DNA from: an uncultured Alphaproteobacteria bacterium
Lineage (GTDB): Bacteria; Pseudomonadota; Alphaproteobacteria; HIMB59; GCA-002718135
NCBI GenBank assembly: GCA_902602695.1
Contig: CACKRO010000002.1
Span: 2,170 to 66,169, forward strand
DNA: 64,000 bases
Direction of reading: 5' to 3'
Shown: positions 35,658-47,552 of the stretch, piece after piece
Layout: each line of letters begins with the position of its first letter
Numbering within the stretch: the first letter of the stretch is position 1
Made by a program: the position numbers and the translations under genes
The notes under the pieces: generated by a model
The model's input: the letters and a program-made list of their open reading frames with translations, nothing else
Told to the model about the DNA's origin: nothing
Database searches by the model: none

Positions 35658-36907
35658 TTAAGGTCTTTCCTGGCCATTACCATTAACGACATATTTAAAT
35701 GTAGTTAAATGTTTTGTTCCCACTGGTCCTCTTACATGTATTTTGTCAGTTGAGATTCCTATCTCAGCACCAAAACCAAATTCACCACCATCTGCAAATT
35801 GCGTAGATGCATTTTTAAGTATAATTGCGCTGTCAATTTTATTATAAAATTTTTCAAAAGTTTCTTCACTTTCTGTAATTATACTCTCCGTATGTCCAGA
35901 AGAATAATCATTTATATGCTTAACTGCTTCCTCAACACCTGAAACAATTTTTACTGATAAAATTTTATCTAAATATTCTAATGACCAATCTTCTTCACTT
36001 GCAGTTTTAAAACCACTATCTAAAGATTGAATATATTCATCACCTCGAATTTCACAATTTACTTCTTTTAGAGGTTTTAATATTTTCATTGCTTCATTTT
36101 TAATATTTTCATCAATTAAAAGTGTCTCTGCGGCACCACAAATTTCAGGACGCCTCATTTTACTATTAAAAACTACTTTTTCTGCAATGCTTAAATCAGC
36201 ATCTTTATCTACATACACATGACATATACCGTCTAAATGTTTGATAACAGGAATCTTGCTTGCTGAATTAATTTTTTCAATCAAACCCTTGCCGCCTCTA
36301 GGAATAATTACGTCAACATAATCTCTCATGCTTAGTAAATGATCAACCGCTTCTCTTTCAGGTGTATTAATCATCTGGACGCAATGTTCAGGGAGACCAG
36401 CTTCTGTGAAAGCATTTGTTATATTATTTACCAATTCCTTAGAAGAATAAAAACTGTCACTACCACCCCTTAAAATTATACAATTACCAGATTTTACTGA
36501 AAGACAAGACGCATCAACAGTGACGTTTGGTCTAGATTCATAAATCACACCTAATACTCCAAGTGGTGTTGAAATTTTACGAAACTGCAAACCATTAGGT
36601 CTTTCCCATTTTTCTAATGTAATACCAATTGGATCTGGTATTTCAATTATATCTTCAATTGATGTAATTAATCCATCAATAGATTTTTCAGTTAATGTCA
36701 GTCTATTTATTAAAGGCTTAGCTAAAGATTTTTTTTCACCATTTTCTAAATCTATTTTATTTGCTTCAAGAATTTTATATCTGTTTTTATCTAAATTTTT
36801 AGTGAGTTTTGTTAAAGCAAGATTTTTTTGATCACTGCTACAGACTTTCATATTTAAAGAGGCAGATTTTGCTCTTTTGCCTAATTCAATAATATTATTT
36901 TCAATAC

Positions 36908-36911
<4 letters not shown>
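35658..36911 (-). CDS. proA: gamma-glutamyl phosphate reductase
   Basis: Aldehyde dehydrogenase fold with a CGAAETLL-type catalytic Cys region, paired with proB. Confidence 0.92.
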
Positions 36912-39005
<2,094 letters not shown>

Positions 39006-39019
39006 TTAATTAATTGGGA

Positions 39020-39277
39020 TTATTGTTCTGTGGGAACAACTGATACAAAAGTTCTTACTCTTGTTTTTTTAAAAGCTACTTTTCCATTTATTGTAGCAAA
39101 TATTGTGTGATCTTTACCTATGCCAACATTATCACCTGGATGAAACTTTGTACCTCGTTGCCTAATAATAATGTTTCCTGCTATTACGTTTTCACCGCCA
39201 AATTTCTTAACTCCAAGTCTTCGACCCGCTGAGTCTCTTCCATTCCTAGAACTACCACCTGCTTTTTTCGTTGCCAT
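39020..39277 (-). CDS. rpmA: 50S ribosomal protein L27
   Basis: [23 protein letters not shown]...[11 protein letters not shown]. Confidence 0.95.
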   Translation of the reverse strand: MATKKAGGSSRNGRDSAGRRLGVKKFGGENVIAGNIIIRQRGTKFHPGDNVGIGKDHTIFATINGKVAFKKTRVRTFVSVVPTEQ

Positions 39278-39798
39278 TATTTATCTTCTTTTTTAGTTTT
39301 AACAGTTTTTTTAACAGTTTTCTTTACTGATTTTTTCTTAGTAGGTGAAGCTTTATTTGTTGCTTTTTTTGCAACTGTCTTCTTTTTTGCAACTTTTACC
39401 ACTTTAGAATCACTTTTTTCTTTAGTAGCTTTAGTTTCAGTTTTTTTAACTTTTTTTATTTCAGGTTCAGCAGTGGACTTTTTTCCACCATAAGAAATTG
39501 ATTCTATTCTTAATACAGTTAGATATTGTCTATGACCTTGTGTTAATCTGTAATTTTGTCTTTTTCTTTTTTTAAAAACTATTATTTTTTTATCTCTGAT
39601 TTGATCAACAATTTTTGCTTCAATTGAAGCATCTTTTAGTAATGGCTCGCCCAAGCTATTTGTGTTTTGATCACTGATCGCTAATACATCAGTAATTGAC
39701 ACTTTATCACCTTTTGATCCTTCAAGTTTTTCTACTTTAAGTATCTGACCAGCTCTTGCTGAGTATTGCTTTCCACCAGTTTTGAAGATTGCTAACAT
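39277..39798 (-). CDS. rplU: 50S ribosomal protein L21 with a ~70-aa Lys-rich C-terminal extension
   Basis: [12 protein letters not shown]...GHRQ..T is the L21 core, about 103 aa. It is followed by a KKxxKK-rich tail. Confidence 0.9.
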   Translation of the reverse strand: MLAIFKTGGKQYSARAGQILKVEKLEGSKGDKVSITDVLAISDQNTNSLGEPLLKDASIEAKIVDQIRDKKIIVFKKRKRQNYRLTQGHRQYLTVLRIESISYGGKKSTAEPEIKKVKKTETKATKEKSDSKVVKVAKKKTVAKKATNKASPTKKKSVKKTVKKTVKTKKEDK

Positions 39799-39878
39799 AT
39801 CTTTTGAGAGCGGGGTTTATAGTGAACAATGTGAATAGTCAAATTAAAAATATGCCGTAAATACTGGAAATATAGACC

Positions 39879-40631
39879 TTAAAAGCTATCTTTTGCTTTT
39901 CGCAAATAAGCAAACAATTCAAAGTCTGTAAAACCTAGCTCTTTCTTAATCATAGAACCTAATTTTGAATTTTGATTCAGGTATAAGTTATAGTATTTTT
40001 CATCCTCTAACAGAAAAGGTACAGATTTTCCTTTATAATTTAAATCATCATTAATTTTATTTCTAACTGTCAAATAAACATCTTCTTTTTTAAGTATTTT
40101 CTCAAGAAAATTTAAATTGTTTAAAGTATATTCATGACCACAATAAATAATTGTATTTTTATCTAATTCATTAATTTTTTGTAAACTGTTAAACATTTCA
40201 TTTAATGTTCCTTCAAACACACGACCACAACCAAGTCTGAATAGTGTATCACCACAAAATAAAACACCATTATTTTCATCATAGTAGATTATATGATCTA
40301 ATGTGTGCCCGGGTGTTTTTATTATTCTAAATGTATTTAAGCAAGAGTTGACCTCATCTTCATCACGTAAAACAAATCTTGTATTTTCAATCTGAGCACT
40401 TGGAGAGTGTATATTAACTCCTGGAAAAGCATTAAGTATTCCTTTTACACCTGATGTGTGATCTTTATGATGATGTGTAATAAATATATCTTCTATGGTT
40501 AAATTGTTTTCAAGAGCAAAATTTAATATAGGAGTACTATCAGCAGGGTCTATAACACAGCTCTTTAGCGTATCATTGTATAAAACAAAAGAGTAGTTAT
40601 CTTCTAATTGATTTAAAATTTCAACTTTCAT
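39879..40631 (-). CDS. gloB: hydroxyacylglutathione hydrolase (glyoxalase II)
   Basis: The ITHHHKDHTSG metallo-beta-lactamase motif, GHT.DH and CGHEYT. Confidence 0.8.
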   Translation of the reverse strand: MKVEILNQLEDNYSFVLYNDTLKSCVIDPADSTPILNFALENNLTIEDIFITHHHKDHTSGVKGILNAFPGVNIHSPSAQIENTRFVLRDEDEVNSCLNTFRIIKTPGHTLDHIIYYDENNGVLFCGDTLFRLGCGRVFEGTLNEMFNSLQKINELDKNTIIYCGHEYTLNNLNFLEKILKKEDVYLTVRNKINDDLNYKGKSVPFLLEDEKYYNLYLNQNSKLGSMIKKELGFTDFELFAYLRKAKDSF

Positions 40632-40638
40632 CTAATAA

Positions 40639-41322
40639 CTAATTTACAATAACAGAATTTTTTGCAAAAACTTTTTTTGATGATTTAATTTTGATTGGTT
40701 CAAAATTTTTATAACTTAATAAAAAGATAGCTTCATGAGTGAAAAAATTAACTCCAGTAACTGATTCACTTATATCAAATTGCCTACCTTTAGATGTTAA
40801 TCCAATACTCTTTTCAATCACAATATTCATTTCATTACACAAATTCAAAAAATCCTTAATTGTAAAAAAATGAATGTTTGGTGTGTCATACCATGTATAA
40901 GGTAAACTTTCTGTTACTGGCATTTTTCCTGATAATAAAAGTTGTAATCTTATTTTCCAATGTCCAAAGTTAGGAAAAGAAACTATTGCTTTTGATCCTA
41001 TTCTTAATAAATCAGACAGAATATCTTTAGGCTTCATCATTGCTTGTAAGGTTTGACTTAAAATTACATAATCAAAACTATTATTTGAATATTGAAATAA
41101 ATCTAATTCAGCATTTCCATGTACAACATTGAACCCTCTTGCTATAGCATTAGCAGCTAAATCTCTATTTAATTCAATGCCATGTGTAATCGCATTACGA
41201 TTATTTTCTAACTGTTCCATGAGACCGCCATCACCACATCCAATATCTAAGATTTTTCTATCTTCTGCGATAAGTGTTTCAATAAGAGACCAGTCTTTTC
41301 TTATGCTATTAATTTTATCCAT
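40639..41322 (-). CDS. metW: methionine biosynthesis protein MetW
   Basis: ILDIGCGDGGL SAM-methyltransferase-like motif. The gene overlaps the 3' end of metX in the classic metXW pairing. Confidence 0.8.
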   Translation of the reverse strand: MDKINSIRKDWSLIETLIAEDRKILDIGCGDGGLMEQLENNRNAITHGIELNRDLAANAIARGFNVVHGNAELDLFQYSNNSFDYVILSQTLQAMMKPKDILSDLLRIGSKAIVSFPNFGHWKIRLQLLLSGKMPVTESLPYTWYDTPNIHFFTIKDFLNLCNEMNIVIEKSIGLTSKGRQFDISESVTGVNFFTHEAIFLLSYKNFEPIKIKSSKKVFAKNSVIVN

Positions 41323-42481
41323 CTATCTTCGCAAAGTTATTTGTTAGAAAACCTTTTATTACATCATCTAACTGTGGTTCCTCTAATAAAAAACTATCAT
41401 GTCCTTTATCGGTATCAATTTCTAGAAAGCTTACTTCTCTTGATAGAGAGTTTAATTGATTTACAATTATTTTACTTTCTATTGTAGGGAATAACCAATC
41501 CGAGGTAAATGAGACTATTAAATATTTTAAATGCTTATTTGGATTATGACTAAACTCGACATTTTTTCTAAATGTTTCATCATGATCAAAATAATCCATA
41601 GCTCTTGTTAAATAAAGATATGAATTTGCATCAAATCTTTCAACAAATGATTTGCCTTGATATCTTAGATAACTTTCAACTTGAAAATCAGCATCAAATC
41701 CAAAAGAAATAATATCTCTTGATTGAAGTTTTCTTCCAAATTTTCTATGCATCGCATTTTCGGATAAATATGTTATATGTGCAATCATTCTTGCTACTGA
41801 TAGACCTCTTTCTGGTACTTCATTATTTTCAAAATACTTTCCATTTTTCCAAATAGGATCACTCATTATTGCCTGTCGCCCAACTTCATGAAATGCAATA
41901 TTTTGAGCCGAATGTTTTAAAGCTCCAGCAATATGTATTATATTTAAAATTTTATCTGGAAAATCGATTGCCCATTGAAGTGCTTGCATTGCTCCCATCG
42001 AACCACCAATGACAGAAAATAACTTCTCTATATTTAAACTTTCAATCAATAAAGATTGAGCCTTCACCATATCTTTTATTGTTACGGAAGGAAAATTACC
42101 ACCATATGCAATATCACTTCCATTTTGTAACTCTTTAGGACCAGTTGAGCCAGCACAACCGCCGAGTACATTTGAGCAAATTACAAAAAATTTGTTTGTA
42201 TCAATTGGTTTATTAGGTCCAACCATTCTAGACCACCAACCTTCTCTCCCAGTAATGGGATTATTCCCAGCAACATATTGATCTCCAGTTAAAGCATGGC
42301 AAACAAGAATAGCATTAGTTCTATCAGTATTTAATTTGCCATATGTTTTGAATGCTAGTTTAAAACTATCTATTAAATCTCCTGATTCTAGTTTTAAATT
42401 AATATTCTCGAAATAGGCTATTTCGCTTTCCAGTTTTGTGTCAGTAGTAAATTTTGTATTCATATTTTTTAAGTCTAACAC
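41315..42481 (-). CDS. metX: homoserine O-acetyltransferase
   Basis: CHALTGDQ, the GGSMGAMQ nucleophile elbow, and a late D..GHDSFL. The tracked start is GTG at 42481. An in-frame ATG at 42466 is an alternative. Confidence 0.88.
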   Translation of the reverse strand: MLDLKNMNTKFTTDTKLESEIAYFENINLKLESGDLIDSFKLAFKTYGKLNTDRTNAILVCHALTGDQYVAGNNPITGREGWWSRMVGPNKPIDTNKFFVICSNVLGGCAGSTGPKELQNGSDIAYGGNFPSVTIKDMVKAQSLLIESLNIEKLFSVIGGSMGAMQALQWAIDFPDKILNIIHIAGALKHSAQNIAFHEVGRQAIMSDPIWKNGKYFENNEVPERGLSVARMIAHITYLSENAMHRKFGRKLQSRDIISFGFDADFQVESYLRYQGKSFVERFDANSYLYLTRAMDYFDHDETFRKNVEFSHNPNKHLKYLIVSFTSDWLFPTIESKIIVNQLNSLSREVSFLEIDTDKGHDSFLLEEPQLDDVIKGFLTNNFAKIDG

Positions 42482-42510
42482 TATTTGAAAGAATGAAGGA
42501 GGAGTGTAAA

Positions 42511-42566
42511 CGCTTTAGCTGATTATTGCTCCACCCGCAAGCTGTCTCAAATCGGTGATAATCGGT
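42511..42566 (-). promoter_or_regulatory. SAM-II-like riboswitch in the metX leader
   Basis: The minus-strand RNA reads ACCGAUUAUCACCGAUUUGAGACAGCUUGCGGGUGGAGCAAUAAUCAGCUAAAGCG. A UUGC/GCAA hairpin is extended by AGC/GCU. The 5' CGAUUU can pair with the 3' AAAGCG, pseudoknot-style. This is the metA/metX SAM-II layout as I remember the consensus. Confidence 0.55.
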
Positions 42567-42672
42567 CTTATATTTATATATCTTTCTAAGTCAATAAATC
42601 GTCATTATTTAAATTAAATACTACTTTATTTTGATTTATCGTAAGATAGTTTGTAAAGAAACCTCCAAAATT

Positions 42673-44022
42673 ATGAAAAATAAAGAATTAGACAATTTAC
42701 GAAGCAAAATTAATAACATTGATGATGAAATTTTATCTTTATTATCTAATCGATCTAAAATTGTTTTAGAAATAGGAAAACACAAAAAAGATAATTCAGT
42801 TGTTGATCCAGATAGAGAACAAAAAATTCTCAACAGATTAAGCTCTAAATTTACAGGATCTTATCCAAAAGATACTATTGTTAGACTTTGGAGAGAAATT
42901 TTTCAATCTTCTGAAAAACTTCAAAAATTAACCAAGGAAAATATTCAATCAAAAAGATCTATAGAAAACATTAATGTTTATAAAGGTGGTAAGGCAAAAT
43001 TAAATAACAATAAAAGAGTTATCAAACTTTCTTCAAATGAAAATCCCTATGGTGCTTCACCAAAAGCAATTGAATTGTTAGAAACAAAAAATCTTAATCA
43101 TGATTTACACAGATACCCAGAAATTGATGGATCATCATTAAGAGAAGCAATAGCTAAAAATTTTTCTATTGAAAGTAATAGAATCATTCTTGGCTCTGGT
43201 TCAGATGAAGTTTTATTATTTGCAGCTTTGGCATTTTGTCAAGATGGCGATGAAATTCTCCACGCTAATCATGGCTTTGAGATGTATTCAATTGTGAGTA
43301 AAGTAGTGGGCGCAGTTCCAAAAAAAATTGAGGAAGATGTGAATTTTAATTTAAATATTGAAAATCTCATAACTCAAACAAATGACGCTACTAAAGTAAT
43401 TTATATTGCATCACCTAATAATCCTACGGGAACTTATTTGTCTAGAGATCAACTTGTGAAATTAATGAATAGTATTTCTAAAAATATTATAGTTGTTATA
43501 GATGGGGCATATGTCGAATATGTGCAAAAAGACGATTATGATAAAGGATTTAGTTTAACGGATAAATATGAGAATATAATTTTAACAAGAACATTTTCAA
43601 AAACATATGGACTCGCAGCTTTAAGAGTAGGCTGGTGTTATACCAGTCAAAAAATAGCTGATATAATTAATAAAATAAAACCTCCTTTTAATACGACAAC
43701 TATTTCACAGTCTCTTGCAATTAAAGCTTTGGAGGATAAAGAACATATTGAAAACTCCGTTAAATTAAATTCTGAAATTAAAGATTGGTTTGAAAAAGAA
43801 CTTAAACTTCTAAATATTAAAACCAGACAAACTGAAGGAAATTTTACTTTAATTGAAACTTCAGAAGAAGAAGCTGAGAAAATTAGTAATCACCTTATGA
43901 ATGAGGGCATTATTATAAGGCGTTTAAATAGTTATAATCTGCCTAATTTTTTGAGAATTAGTATTGGTACGAAAGAAGAAATGGATTTAACAGTTGAAAG
44001 TTTGAAGAAACTCAATGTCTAA
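42673..44022 (+). CDS. chorismate mutase (AroQ) fused to a histidinol-phosphate/aromatic aminotransferase
   Basis: The start is set at ATG 42673, while the tracked ORF begins at an upstream TTG. The N-terminus LR..I..ID.EIL.LL..R fits a CM helix bundle. It is followed by LSSNENPYG and the PLP-Lys motif TFSKTYGLAALRVGW. Confidence 0.8.
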   Translation: MKNKELDNLRSKINNIDDEILSLLSNRSKIVLEIGKHKKDNSVVDPDREQKILNRLSSKFTGSYPKDTIVRLWREIFQSSEKLQKLTKENIQSKRSIENINVYKGGKAKLNNNKRVIKLSSNENPYGASPKAIELLETKNLNHDLHRYPEIDGSSLREAIAKNFSIESNRIILGSGSDEVLLFAALAFCQDGDEILHANHGFEMYSIVSKVVGAVPKKIEEDVNFNLNIENLITQTNDATKVIYIASPNNPTGTYLSRDQLVKLMNSISKNIIVVIDGAYVEYVQKDDYDKGFSLTDKYENIILTRTFSKTYGLAALRVGWCYTSQKIADIINKIKPPFNTTTISQSLAIKALEDKEHIENSVKLNSEIKDWFEKELKLLNIKTRQTEGNFTLIETSEEEAEKISNHLMNEGIIIRRLNSYNLPNFLRISIGTKEEMDLTVESLKKLNV

Positions 44023-44926
44023 AATAACTTATGATTCAGCCCTGGTCATTGGTATGGGATTAATTGGATCATCTATAGCAAGGGTACTCAAGGAAAAACA
44101 ATTATCAAAAAAAACTTTTGCCATTGATAAGGACAGTGATGTAATAAATATTTCAAAAAATTTAAATCTTGTGGATGCAATAAAGAGTGATTTAAATGAA
44201 TATAATCAACAATTTGATATTATTTTTATTTGTACGCCTTTAAGTTCATATAGGGATATATTTAAGCAGTTGAATAGCTATGTTAATGAAACAACACTAG
44301 TAACAGATGTTGGTTCTACAAAAGTAAGTGTTATAGAAGATTTTAAAGAATCAATTAATAATAAAAAAATTTTGTTTGTTCCTGCCCACCCTATTGCTGG
44401 ATTAGAGAAAAGTGGACCAGAATTTGGTTTCGCAAAGCTGTTTGAGAATAGGTATTGTATTTTAACCCCAATAGAAACTCAGAGTGAGATAACAAGATCA
44501 ATTTCAGATATTTGGGAGTCATTTGGAATGAATATAGAAATCATGGAACCTAAACGTCATGACAGAGTACTAGCAATGACATCTCATATTCCACAACTCA
44601 TTGCATATTCTGTCGTAGGAACTGCAACAGAGCTTGAATCTCAAATGAAAGATGAAGTAATTAAGTATTCAGCTGCAGGTTTTAGAGATTTCACAAGATT
44701 GGCAGGTAGTGATCCAGTAATGTGGCGTGATGTTTATGAAAAAAATAAAGAAGCCGTTTTAGAAATGCTTGGTCGTTTCAGTGAAGACCTACTTACTTAT
44801 CAAAAAGCAATAAGAAATAATGATTTAAAATATTTGGAAGAAAAATTTATAAAATCAAAAGAAATCAGAAAAATTATTGAAGAGATTGGTCAAGCAGGAA
44901 CTTTTGATCCCACAGAAAAGAATTAG
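44015..44926 (+). CDS. tyrA: prephenate/arogenate (cyclohexadienyl) dehydrogenase
   Basis: A GMGLIGSS Rossmann motif, HPIAG, and a SHIPQL-type motif. It overlaps the upstream aminotransferase by 8 nt. Confidence 0.8.
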   Translation: MSKITYDSALVIGMGLIGSSIARVLKEKQLSKKTFAIDKDSDVINISKNLNLVDAIKSDLNEYNQQFDIIFICTPLSSYRDIFKQLNSYVNETTLVTDVGSTKVSVIEDFKESINNKKILFVPAHPIAGLEKSGPEFGFAKLFENRYCILTPIETQSEITRSISDIWESFGMNIEIMEPKRHDRVLAMTSHIPQLIAYSVVGTATELESQMKDEVIKYSAAGFRDFTRLAGSDPVMWRDVYEKNKEAVLEMLGRFSEDLLTYQKAIRNNDLKYLEEKFIKSKEIRKIIEEIGQAGTFDPTEKN

Positions 44927-45630
44927 TTATCCAATAATAAATTTGAAGCAGTTTCTATTCTATTTTGAACTTCGTTTAACAAAATTTTTTTATCTAAACC
45001 TTCATCAATTGTCGGTAAAAATTTTATAGTAATTAATCCTTTTTCTAATACCCATGATTGTTTTGGCCAACATAAACCTGAATTTAAAGCTACAGGAAGG
45101 ATTTTTCTTTTTGTATGATTATAAATTCCAATAAAACCTGTCTTATAATCAGGTTCACTACCAGGTAGCTTTCTTGTTCCTTCGGGGAAAATAATAATTG
45201 AAGATCCAAAAGATAATTTTTTTTGAACTTTTTGTAACATATCTCTCATAGCTTTTGTTCCACCATCTCTATTGATCGCAACCATATTAGACTTGAATAA
45301 ATATTGTCCAAAAATTGGTATAAAAAAAAGCTCTCTTTTATGGACAAAGAAACAATCTTTTAAATAGTAATAGAGTGCGAGTGTCTCAAATGCGGACTGA
45401 TGTTTAGACGCAATTAATACACTTTCATTTGGAATATTTTTTAAACCCTCAATTTTATGTTTAATATTGCATATAAGATTAAGAAAAACAAAAATAACAC
45501 GTATCCAAAGTTTGGTTGGATATTTAAGTAAATAACTTGGTAATAAGAGAAAAGGTAAACATACAATACCCATCAACAAAGTCCATATAACCAAGGAAAT
45601 ATAAAATATTATACTTTTTAAAATTAACAT
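44923..45630 (-). CDS. plsC: 1-acyl-sn-glycerol-3-phosphate acyltransferase
   Basis: N-terminal TM helix, a KHQSAFE (HX4-acidic) block and the FPEGTR block. Confidence 0.75.
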   Translation of the reverse strand: MLILKSIIFYISLVIWTLLMGIVCLPFLLLPSYLLKYPTKLWIRVIFVFLNLICNIKHKIEGLKNIPNESVLIASKHQSAFETLALYYYLKDCFFVHKRELFFIPIFGQYLFKSNMVAINRDGGTKAMRDMLQKVQKKLSFGSSIIIFPEGTRKLPGSEPDYKTGFIGIYNHTKRKILPVALNSGLCWPKQSWVLEKGLITIKFLPTIDEGLDKKILLNEVQNRIETASNLLLDN

Positions 45631-45680
45631 ACTTAATGATTTTGTTTTATATACTAGCCTGACTGATCTATATATAATTT

Positions 45681-46124
45681 ATGTTCATTGTTTGCTCTAA
45701 TTGTGAATTCAAGTATTTAGTAAATTCTGCAGATCTTAAACCAAATGGTAGAATGGTTGAATGCGCAAATTGTAATCATCAATGGTTTCAAGAATCAGAT
45801 GATACTGACATTGCATCATCAGTCCCATCTACAAAAAAAGAGGAATTAGATCAAAATTTAAAAAATAATAAACAAAAAGAAAAATTAGAAAAAGGTCCAG
45901 TCAGAAATTTACCTAGTACAGTTGTAAGACAAGAGAAACCAAGTGTTATTAATTCAACTATAGTAATTGCTCTAGCTACAGTTGTGATTTTAGCAATATG
46001 GATTTATCGATCCTACGGTGTAAATACTTTTATTATTATTGATTTTTATATTAGGGAATTTTTCTTTAATTTAAATTTGATAATTTCAGACTTAGCTAAA
46101 ATTATACACAATACTTTAAATTAG
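45681..46124 (+). CDS. MJ0042-type zinc-ribbon protein with C-terminal TM helix
   Basis: CSNC...ECANC zinc ribbon at the N-terminus, then a low-complexity linker and a hydrophobic helix. Confidence 0.55.
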   Translation: MFIVCSNCEFKYLVNSADLKPNGRMVECANCNHQWFQESDDTDIASSVPSTKKEELDQNLKNNKQKEKLEKGPVRNLPSTVVRQEKPSVINSTIVIALATVVILAIWIYRSYGVNTFIIIDFYIREFFFNLNLIISDLAKIIHNTLN

Positions 46125-47366
46125 TTACAACCAACTCGGAATAATATCAGCTTCAATTGTTTTCTCAATTTTCTCTGGAGAATAAATAATTGCATAATTA
46201 TCATTGTGAACTAAAATTTCAGAGGGCAATGGTCTAGAGTTATAATTTGAAGACATTACTTTTCCATAGGCCCCAGTATTTTTTATAACTAGTAGATTAC
46301 CAATTTTTTGTTTAGCCAATTTAATATTTTTTAAAAATATATCTGAACTTTCACAAATTGGACCAGCAATGGCATAATTCATAAATTCCTCTGAGTTTAC
46401 ATTTATCGCTGATATTTCATGATGAGCACCGTACATAGCTGGACGTATTAATGTATTCATGCCAGCATCAACAATTAAATAATTTATACCTCCATTATTT
46501 TTAATTGTAATAATGGAAGTAACAGTAATTCCTGCCTCAGCAATTAAATACCGACCAGGTTCAAAAGATAATTCATAGTTTGTTTTTGTAAAACAATTAT
46601 CTAGTTCCTCTTTTACCATCCCAATATTAAAATCTGGATCAGAATCCTTATATTTAACATGGAATCCTCCACCCAAATCAACATGTTTTATATTAATACC
46701 TGATTCAATAAACTTATTGGCAGCCATTTTCATTTGATTAAAAGTATTTTTAAAAGCTTCAATTTTACTAATTTGACTTCCAATATGACAGCTAATACCA
46801 ACTAAATTTAAACTTTTACAACTTTTAACTAATTCAACAATTTTGTCTATTTTATCAATTTCGATACCAAACTTATCCGTTTTTTTGCCAGTAGAAATTT
46901 TATTCAAAGTTTCTCCATCAATATCTGGATTAAGCCTGACACCAATATCAACAACCCTATTTTTTTCTGTTGCTAAACTATCGAGCAATTTAATTTCTTC
47001 TAAAGATTCAGTATTAATTAATCGTATATTTTTATGCATAGCATAGAGTAAGTCTTGTTCAGATTTTCCTACGCCTTCAAAAATAATTTTATTTGGATTA
47101 AAGCCAGCATCTAAAGCTCTTTTAAGTTCACCAACTGAAACTACATCTGCTCCAAGATCTAATGAGTTCATTAATTTCAAAATAGCTTGATTTGAATTAG
47201 ACTTAATTGAATAAAAAATATTCTTGCCTAATATTTCTTTAGTTTTATTTACTTGATTAATAATTTTTTCTTGTGAATATACATAAAAAGGGGTTTCACA
47301 AACTTTCACTAAGTCATGCAATGAAGTACCCTCAATATGTGGGTCATTATTTTTATAATTAAGCAT
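46125..47366 (-). CDS. lysA: diaminopimelate decarboxylase
   Basis: The Orn/DAP/Arg decarboxylase fold, with YSIKSN PLP-Lys, DLGGGF, EPGR and GPICES. Confidence 0.92.
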   Translation of the reverse strand: MLNYKNNDPHIEGTSLHDLVKVCETPFYVYSQEKIINQVNKTKEILGKNIFYSIKSNSNQAILKLMNSLDLGADVVSVGELKRALDAGFNPNKIIFEGVGKSEQDLLYAMHKNIRLINTESLEEIKLLDSLATEKNRVVDIGVRLNPDIDGETLNKISTGKKTDKFGIEIDKIDKIVELVKSCKSLNLVGISCHIGSQISKIEAFKNTFNQMKMAANKFIESGINIKHVDLGGGFHVKYKDSDPDFNIGMVKEELDNCFTKTNYELSFEPGRYLIAEAGITVTSIITIKNNGGINYLIVDAGMNTLIRPAMYGAHHEISAINVNSEEFMNYAIAGPICESSDIFLKNIKLAKQKIGNLLVIKNTGAYGKVMSSNYNSRPLPSEILVHNDNYAIIYSPEKIEKTIEADIIPSWL

Positions 47367-47552
47367 TTAATCAGTATTTATAACAACAGATTGTTGACGT
47401 TTTTTTTCTTCTTCTAATTTCTCTAAACATGCTTCATCACATGGGTATGTAATTACTGATTTGTCTACTTGATCCTCTGGTAAGCTTAATGGGCCAACTT
47501 TCCCACAACTAAAAGTAAACAACAAAAATGATAATAATATTAGTCTGATCAT
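47367..47552 (-). CDS. small lipoprotein, LptM/YifL-like
   Basis: A signal peptide with lipobox FSCG, followed by KVGPLSLPE. This resembles the CG.KGPL.LP signature. It sits between argH and lysA, as in many proteobacteria. Confidence 0.55.
   Translation of the reverse strand: MIRLILLSFLLFTFSCGKVGPLSLPEDQVDKSVITYPCDEACLEKLEEEKKRQQSVVINTD

Noticed and set aside
39296-39330. A short tandem DNA repeat (TTTTAACAGTTTT x2) that could look like a repeat array.
   Set aside because: It lies inside the rplU coding sequence and encodes the KKTVKKTVK part of the Lys-rich tail. It has no spacer-repeat organisation and is not a CRISPR or satellite.
42496-42509. A perfect plus-strand AAGGAGG followed by GTG-TAA in the metX/aminotransferase spacer.
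   Set aside because: The spacing to the GTG is too short, and the next codon is a stop, so there is no ORF. The sequence is better explained as the complement of the metX leader.
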